Position numbers and translations under genes: made by a program. A stretch of DNA of 64,000 nucleotides from a virus. The number at the start of each line of letters is the position of its first letter. The stretch's first letter is position 1. The stretch is taken from positions 64,001-128,000 of the IMG/VR virus record IMGVR_UViG_3300023109_000007. The stretch is one strand, 5' to 3'. The notes under the pieces were generated by a model. The model did no database searches and was not told the origin of the DNA. It worked only from the letters and a program-made list of their open reading frames with translations. Of this stretch, positions 59,501 to 64,000 are shown piece by piece.

Positions 59501-59824
59501 GCTGGTCTCCAAGAACTTTCACTAGGTGAAGTTACACTAGGCGGTGCTTCAGCAAGCATTAGCGAGTTCTCAACAGACCCATTCTTCACTGCTAACAGTG
59601 ATACAGTTGTGCCAACTCAACGTGCGATTAAAGCGTACATTGAAGCACAAATTGGTGGCGGTGGTGCGTCACTTAACGTTAACAGTGTAACAGCTGGTGA
59701 GATTTTCATTGCAGGTAATACTATTACAACCATCACTGACCCAGTGATAAATATACAAGCGAAGATGAATTTCCAAGGCGGGGTAGTTGGACTACCAATA
59801 GCATATAATTACTTCTTAAGATAA
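53564..59824 (+). CDS. Giant fibre protein, C-terminal part (helical repeats, beta-helix, Asp-box propeller)
   Basis: TAATG-coupled with a GGAGGA SD. GDELRST, five C-x-[RK]-D helical repeats, RSPYVQN, and a C-terminus highly similar to 45722 (GHDFLDIGTG...TDQDGNFRAG). Confidence 0.78.
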   Translation: MATVFERVQSLGEIITDAVTAGVDTNVPPREIRNSLVKVATGTYTEVLPIRVPAETCIIGDELRSTNVQPRKATNATLTPRKDFRFSHHALNRLTEIIGDVVDGTSVTPTSGNNVTQFAQFPLGQPAERDSAEMLSKILIRNIDSSLQTQLGREIPASASTDGDFQKAADMISINKEFIQQEVIAYIKDQYPNLDYSRTSCKKDVAFISDAVVYDLVYTGNWQSIQAGLAYYDGSTGNLQIDSEEKTATIAAYTHLKDVLKQIGRSTAVSPQYSTGGAAQFLGDGGSVAASTAIDGLVDDIITIINLGPDNAPTITYPNVAGVAAGLTGASTTLLTKYTDIKEGAIDFISKNFGSFRYNATTCRRDLGRILTDVALDVALGTNYNAVFNGISYTRPVNAYNLQTQRTETSGAIRFAKGQAGAALTDATALSRSNAAFDEILDILDNSSIYTTGAVPGDGLADALSLPTGLSSADQTNAAAQLDANRVFIAADVNAYVAATYPSLTYDAAKCARDVGYILDALRYDILYGGNSASIRIAQSYFGSTGAAYPAGQITETAAAYTHMKSILDDIIEETSITPQTGNTETQNTAGTAGTSTESTTAQNNLQVTIDAITAGNTDSLPTTVFPNLATLGVSGTLQTEKAAIDTAQPTIILDTIQYINTTYSDFKYNQAKCMRDIGLILDAARYDWQLGSNFAGMVAAMSYLRRPSAKVRDEQKAASLASFKYAKEQAKLNVGGDATAIAGLETTFEWIDNVLFGGSNEGSNRQTDEFNVYAARRQLELNKEFIKEELTTKVNNFFKGTSSEIGAANIITISSTNWLHLGMEIKFDSILTGVPEIVEGQTYYVRTIVDGTHFTISETYGGAEHTLNQSTTGTMNILPVYEYNTTLCKRDIDSYIDAIKEDMTWPANYRRDYTDSISCVYPGIYKTRYAARYYVNSVIGSQEEDFYYLRNGTGIRLQTLQGLDGDLSPNNALGTKRPTAGAVCSLDPGWGPNDEDVWIISRSPYVQNCTTFGNAAVGQKIDGALHNGGNDSIVSNDFTQVISNGIGAWITNNGRAELVSVFTYYAHIGYLAENGGRIRATNGNNSYGSFGSVAEGVDPFETPITGIVDNKSQYNATVVSVESDADKLFSFEYSHMGSDYTVVNYDIFGPGDGEVIEGDEFRDDGVFNVRILDLDDSSGELGGSGYVNVQNTAQSGTTTSLTLAATDGNISSAYPGMKVFVTGGNGVGQHAIVKAYNSGSKQADIVRETETVLTAGSFVTSDLYRIDELGTTDFTLISSLTNPQPGQIFSATGAGAGDGKATKVVDGWDHHVKGTTIVAPNSSSTYVIEPQAFFDAPTAPNATTADRAQSRTFEDTVYAETAKLYSAVGVTTYSGTFGADATFNITRNGSKYFVDIAGGGRNYARLETITLAGTSMDGATPANDITVTVTSVNSATGAITGIDFAGFGRAGQFVSVTAGAEVQLSVDGTTWTEVTLPGAAPTGQVRIATGLIFDGSSLLRDSATVIVAQTSTNANNIWYATDDLTSWTNTTLTGATINQPIDIAFGSGKFMVVHAGSDSHFFSEDGGVNWTEKASTLPATGYELVTYGQGKFVAVDKVTANVAYIDQLQATLSGTWQIQTLPNADNWADIAYGNNRFVIVSNNNNRGALSVDGGDTWSEITLPSGAYSSIAYGQGVFGATRTDSTNVAYSEFGNEWQEISVGDNSGPIAFGNPQRTGVFSVNGTGAGTTHNLLTIGSRARGRAGVASEKVFEIRLTDPGSNYLGAEAPKAYIYDPNNIYDVVVETRVGKGVVGQPSFANRGSGFISASAEVNAASSNGVADFFQTGTFVAVRRLTERPIAGSNVVFGSLPDKTFKLVNIVSFVGDEPGTYTAFLNLSPQMSVVDAPVDGDSVTLRIRYSQVRLTGHDFLDIGTGGFQTTNYPGLPTIDPDQTTETRVGGGGRVFFTTTDQDGNFRAGDLFSIEQSTGIATLNADAFNIAGLQELSLGEVTLGGASASISEFSTDPFFTANSDTVVPTQRAIKAYIEAQIGGGGASLNVNSVTAGEIFIAGNTITTITDPVINIQAKMNFQGGVVGLPIAYNYFLR

Positions 59825-59843
59825 GAAAATGGAGACATAAAAA

Positions 59844-60164
59844 ATGGCAAACGGAAGATTAGGAGCAGCAGATCTTGCAGCAGGCGTAGACACAAGTGTT
59901 TATACTGTACCAGAAACAACTTTCTCAGTTGTTACTGTTGCTTTTTGTAATAGAAGCGCAAGTCCAAGAAACATTAGACTTGCAATGGCAACATCAGGAA
60001 CACCAACAAATGCAGATTATTTAGAATATGATGTAGAATTGTTGGGTTACGGTGTTGTTGAGAGAACAGGTATTGTTGCAGATACAGGTAAACAAATTGT
60101 TGTCAGATCAGATGACGCTGACGTTACTTGCATTGTAATGGGACTTGAAACAGCAACAGAATAA
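59844..60164 (+). CDS. Small structural protein (paralogue of 36368 and 44990)
   Basis: YTVP...VVTVAFCNR...YLEYD...ERTGIV...MGLE. Confidence 0.65.
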   Translation: MANGRLGAADLAAGVDTSVYTVPETTFSVVTVAFCNRSASPRNIRLAMATSGTPTNADYLEYDVELLGYGVVERTGIVADTGKQIVVRSDDADVTCIVMGLETATE

Positions 60165-60174
60165 GGACAGTAAC

Positions 60175-60516
60175 ATGGGTAGAAAAACACACCAAGGTGC
60201 AGTAGGCGCAGGAAAAGTTCAAAAATTTCCAAACGTTGATGCTTCTACAAGTGTAGCAGCAGATGTTAATAAAACATACTGGGTTGATACGAGTTCAGGA
60301 GGTTTAACATTAACACTTCCTTCAGTTCCAGCAAAAGGCGATGCTGTTCGAATTTTCGACGCAGGTTATACTTTTGATACAAACAACTTAACAGTTGCAC
60401 GTAACGGACAACTAGTTATGGGACTCGACGAAGATCTAACAGTTAATACTCAAGGCGCTGCATTTGATCTAGTATACTATAATCCCAGCCGCGGCTGGAG
60501 AATCTACACAACTTAA
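60175..60516 (+). CDS. Fibre-associated protein (gp9/gp34-type repeat)
   Basis: YWVDTSSGGLTLTLPSVPAKGDAV...LTVARNG...LVY....GW. ATG 60175 has an AAGGA SD and was preferred over the TTG at 60145. Confidence 0.65.
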   Translation: MGRKTHQGAVGAGKVQKFPNVDASTSVAADVNKTYWVDTSSGGLTLTLPSVPAKGDAVRIFDAGYTFDTNNLTVARNGQLVMGLDEDLTVNTQGAAFDLVYYNPSRGWRIYTT

Positions 60517-60530
60517 GGAACGCAACTAAT

Positions 60531-61484
60531 ATGGCTTTATATTCAGCATTTAAAAAGATCGACTCGTTCGCTGTTGTAGACCTACAGATTCAAACTGTAG
60601 ATATCGAAAATGATACAGTACAATCAGCTAAGATAGCTGACGGTGCTGTTACAGCAGCTAAGATTGCTTCAGGAGCAGTTACATCAGATAAATTGTCTGC
60701 TTCATTAGATCTTAGTTCAAAAACAGTTACTTATAGACCAATTGTAAATAGTGACTTGTCTAGTAGTGCTGGTATAACAAGTGGTAAACTTGCAGGCGGA
60801 GCTGTTGTTGCTAACTTAGGTTATACACCAGTAAACAAAAGTGGCGACACTATGACTGGCAGACTTAATACTATATCAGGTAGTGCAAGTTCGCCAGCTA
60901 TTAGAGGTTCAAGTGACGGTAACACAGGCATTTATTTTCCGAGTGGTGATGATATGCGCTTTAGTGTTAACGGCAATGATGCAATGCAAATTGATAGTAG
61001 TGCTAGAGTTAGATATCCTCAAAAGCCAGCTTTTGCTGCTGCAGGACGACCAGGATGGTTATATTCTAACTCATATGGCGGTACAGGTTATAGAGAACTA
61101 AATTCAATTATGAATTGGGAAGTAAGCCATCAGTATGGAGGTTCAAACTATAATACTAGTAACGGACGCTACACTGCTCCTGTAGCGGGCTGGTATCACT
61201 TCTCAACTATGTGGTATTTACTTAACAACTCTAACGGTACTAACAGTTACATACATGCATTTATTAGTAGAAACGGAGATCAAGGTACAACACCAACAGG
61301 TAGAACACCTTATACAATGAACATGCACGGTAACAGAAATAACTACGATGACGGTGCAAACTATAATAGTGTATTGTATTTAAACTCTGGACAATATGTA
61401 AGTTTGTATGTTCGTTGGCATGCAAACGGCAACTCAAGACACCACGCAGGTCACCATATCTTTAGTGGACATTTGGTAGGATAA
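60531..61484 (+). CDS. Short fibre with C-terminal C1q-like domain (paralogue 1)
   Basis: KIADGAVT repeats, LGYTPVNKSGDTMTG, PAF, GRYTAPVAGWYHF and terminal FSGHLVG. Confidence 0.75.
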   Translation: MALYSAFKKIDSFAVVDLQIQTVDIENDTVQSAKIADGAVTAAKIASGAVTSDKLSASLDLSSKTVTYRPIVNSDLSSSAGITSGKLAGGAVVANLGYTPVNKSGDTMTGRLNTISGSASSPAIRGSSDGNTGIYFPSGDDMRFSVNGNDAMQIDSSARVRYPQKPAFAAAGRPGWLYSNSYGGTGYRELNSIMNWEVSHQYGGSNYNTSNGRYTAPVAGWYHFSTMWYLLNNSNGTNSYIHAFISRNGDQGTTPTGRTPYTMNMHGNRNNYDDGANYNSVLYLNSGQYVSLYVRWHANGNSRHHAGHHIFSGHLVG

Positions 61485-61488
61485 AGCA

Positions 61489-62415
61489 ATGGCAGTATAT
61501 AATACATTTAAGAAAATTTCAACAAGAGCTGTTATTGACGGTGAAGTTGAAAATGCAAAGTTAGCAGACGGCGCAGTTGGCACAACAGAACTTGCTAATA
61601 GTGCAGCACAAACAGTTGAAATTAATAATGGAGCAGTAACAACTGGTAAACTAAATTCAAATCTTGATATTAGTGGTAAAACTGTAGTATATAGAGCAAT
61701 GGTTGATGGAGACTTTGCAAGTGGTGCTATTGCAGGATCAAAACTTGCAAGTTCTGCTTCTGTAGATAACTTAGGGTATACACCAGTTAATAAAGTCGGC
61801 GACACAATGTCCGGACAAATTATTTACGATAATGCTAACTATGTTGCTAGTTCGGGTGCTACAACAAGTGGACTTAGATTTAGTGCAGATAATATTGAAA
61901 TAAGATCAGGCGGTAATTTAAAATTCCAATTTGACGGAAGCGGTAGACCATTAGAAGCTGATAGACCAGCTTGGGTAGCTAGTGGTAACGGCGGCTGGAG
62001 ATATGCAAACTCTTACGGAGGCCCAGGCGGTTGGAGAGAACTTGACGACATGGGTTACCAATATAGTACCAGCGGTGGCATTACAACAAGTAATAACTGT
62101 CGTGTTACAGCTCCTGTAGCAGGTTACTACTATGTGTATCTACAAAGTTATTTTTATAATGACAACAATAACTCCAATGGTTATACACACTGGAATATTA
62201 GTAAGAACAGCTCCATTGGCACATCAACAACAGGCCGAGTGCCGCACACAATTTTCTCACATGGTGTTAGAAACAACTATACTCCTGGTATTATGTGCGG
62301 AATCGTAACATATATGAATGCCGGACAATATGTTTCGCCACAACCATATTGGGGCGGCAACCAAGGTAGACACCACGGAAACCACACACAGTGGTGCGGA
62401 TATTTGATAGGATAA
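61489..62415 (+). CDS. Short fibre with C-terminal C1q-like domain (paralogue 2)
   Basis: Same architecture; RVTAPVAGYYYV and terminal WCGYLIG. Confidence 0.75.
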   Translation: MAVYNTFKKISTRAVIDGEVENAKLADGAVGTTELANSAAQTVEINNGAVTTGKLNSNLDISGKTVVYRAMVDGDFASGAIAGSKLASSASVDNLGYTPVNKVGDTMSGQIIYDNANYVASSGATTSGLRFSADNIEIRSGGNLKFQFDGSGRPLEADRPAWVASGNGGWRYANSYGGPGGWRELDDMGYQYSTSGGITTSNNCRVTAPVAGYYYVYLQSYFYNDNNNSNGYTHWNISKNSSIGTSTTGRVPHTIFSHGVRNNYTPGIMCGIVTYMNAGQYVSPQPYWGGNQGRHHGNHTQWCGYLIG

Positions 62416-62418
62416 AAC

Positions 62419-63354
62419 ATGGCATTATATGATACATTTAAAAAGATTGACGCACATGCACTTGTAGATGGAAGTTTACAATCACAAGATATTGGTGCAG
62501 CACAAGTTACAGATACTAAAATTGGATCCAATCAAGTTAGTACAGATCAATTAGGTGACGGTGCTGTTTCAGGAACACAGCTGGCTGGTAGCATTGATAT
62601 ATCAAGCAAAACAGTTACTTATAGAACTGTTACAAACGCCGACATATCAGGAAGTGCAGCTATTGCAGGTTCAAAACTTGCAAGCGGCGCAGCAACCGGT
62701 AACTTAGGATATACTCCTATGAACAAAGCTGGCGACCAAGTAACAAACCTAAGGTTATCAAACGGTTCAACAGGTACAACATCATTAGGGCCAAGTGGAG
62801 ATAACAATACGGGTATTAACTTTAGCGGTAATGATACTATATTGCTTACAGGTGGCCAAGAAGCTATGCGTACTAGAGGAAACAATGTTACTAGAGAACG
62901 TTCTCCAATGTTCCACTCAACAGGTACTAGTGGTTGGAGATATAATAATTCATACGGAGGCTATGGCTGGAGAGAATTAAACGGAAACTTTGGCTGGAGT
63001 TCATACCAACGTGGCGGTACTAACTTCCAAAACGGTAATGGTAGATTTTATGCACCTGTTGCAGGATTTTATCAATTCCAATTCCAAACATATTGTCGTA
63101 ACGACACAAATGGTACTGATGGATATGTACACTTCAGTTTTGGTAAAAACGGTGGTGTTGCTATGCACGGCGGTAGAACACCACATGGTATTTGGAGACA
63201 CGGCGGTAGAAACAACTATGCGCACGGATTGTATGCAGATCTAGGAACATATATGAATGCTGGTCAATATGTAAGCGTTTGGATATTCTGGCGTAACTCA
63301 CAAACAAGATTCCACGGCGCTCATAGTATCTTTAACGGATACCAAATTGCATAA
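62419..63354 (+). CDS. Short fibre with C-terminal C1q-like domain (paralogue 3)
   Basis: Same architecture; GRFYAPVAGFYQF and terminal FNGYQIA. Confidence 0.75.
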   Translation: MALYDTFKKIDAHALVDGSLQSQDIGAAQVTDTKIGSNQVSTDQLGDGAVSGTQLAGSIDISSKTVTYRTVTNADISGSAAIAGSKLASGAATGNLGYTPMNKAGDQVTNLRLSNGSTGTTSLGPSGDNNTGINFSGNDTILLTGGQEAMRTRGNNVTRERSPMFHSTGTSGWRYNNSYGGYGWRELNGNFGWSSYQRGGTNFQNGNGRFYAPVAGFYQFQFQTYCRNDTNGTDGYVHFSFGKNGGVAMHGGRTPHGIWRHGGRNNYAHGLYADLGTYMNAGQYVSVWIFWRNSQTRFHGAHSIFNGYQIA

Positions 63355-63357
63355 ATA
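63350..63357 (+). promoter_or_regulatory. Late promoter (CATAAATA) over the stop codon
   Basis: TAAATA core upstream of ATG 63377. Confidence 0.55.
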
Positions 63358-63376
63358 CTTATAAGGACGATAAACA

Positions 63377-63619
63377 ATGAGAAACATTACTTTTGAAATA
63401 ACAGATATGGAGTATAAGGTTCTAGCAAACCAAGCACTAGACCCAGAAGGTTGGGTAGAGAATGCTGTAGGTCATGTAGTAGAATTAGCCAAAGATGAAA
63501 TGGTTAACCTCGAAATGACTAGAATGTTTGAAGACCCTAATACAACACAAATGACAACTAATAGAGATGAAATTGTAGCAAACTACGGTGGATCTTTACT
63601 AGGTAACCCGAATAGCTAA
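63377..63619 (+). CDS. Small protein, possible fibre chaperone
   Basis: 80 aa; ITDMEYKVL...DPEGWVEN resembles the next ORF. Confidence 0.6.
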   Translation: MRNITFEITDMEYKVLANQALDPEGWVENAVGHVVELAKDEMVNLEMTRMFEDPNTTQMTTNRDEIVANYGGSLLGNPNS

Positions 63620-63634
63620 TAGGAGAGAGATAAC

Positions 63635-63982
63635 ATGGCCCATTCATTTACAGTACAAATAAGTGATGCTGATTACAAAGCTCTTTGCTACGTAACAGAT
63701 AACCCAAATCAATACTGTGACGATAAAGTTACAGGATACATTCTAGAAATGGTAGACAGTGTTGCTGACGCATTGGTTAGAGAAGAATTTTCAAAACCAG
63801 GCACACGTAATATACCTGCTACAAAAGAAGGTGTTATTCAAGCAGCTACACTAAAAACAGCAGCACAACACCAAGCAGATACAACAGCAAAAATGGAACG
63901 TATGATGATAGATCCAGATGACATTGATGAAGATGTTGATGGCACAGGTGCATCATCTATGTACATACCAGAAGGTATTTAA
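63635..63982 (+). CDS. Small protein, possible fibre chaperone (paralogue of 63377)
   Basis: 115 aa; ISDADYKAL...NPNQYCDD...IPATKEGVI. Confidence 0.6.
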   Translation: MAHSFTVQISDADYKALCYVTDNPNQYCDDKVTGYILEMVDSVADALVREEFSKPGTRNIPATKEGVIQAATLKTAAQHQADTTAKMERMMIDPDDIDEDVDGTGASSMYIPEGI

Positions 63983-64000
63983 TATATAAATCGTTCTAAA

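Noticed and set aside
60531-63354. Diversity-generating retroelement targets (Asn-rich C-termini)
   Set aside because: No reverse transcriptase and no near-identical TR/VR pair differing only at adenines within the window.
1-64000. Stop-codon reassignment
   Set aside because: Core genes are full length under the standard bacterial code and coding density is high.

Overview
This window is a 64-kb, AT-rich segment of a large T4-like (Tevenvirinae-related, probably jumbo) myovirus genome, made up mostly of virion morphogenesis genes. From left to right: (1) a minus-strand baseplate operon (a large truncated structural gene, then gp6-, gp25-, gp5-, hub/M15-peptidase-, gp53- and gp48-like genes); (2) a plus-strand gp55 late sigma factor, gp47 and gp46 block driven by consensus sigma70 promoters; (3) a stand-alone GIY-YIG nuclease followed by about 500 nt of highly structured non-coding sequence; (4) putative internal head proteins; (5) a gp26/tail-chaperone pair with a likely -1 frameshift, and a tape-measure-like gene; (6) the head module (gp20, gp21, gp22, gp23); (7) a porin-like gene and a second ORF-less structured RNA with its own promoter and terminator; (8) about 29 kb of paralogous fibre/spike genes. 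The best candidates for something undescribed are the GIY-YIG plus large ncRNA cassette, six phycobiliprotein-like C-x-R/K-D helical repeats in a split giant fibre protein, the independent ncRNA near 34.5-34.8 kb, and a tandem trio of C1q-domain fibres. All family assignments are from motif recognition by eye; no database search or folding program was run. No tRNA, rRNA, CRISPR array or integrase was seen.
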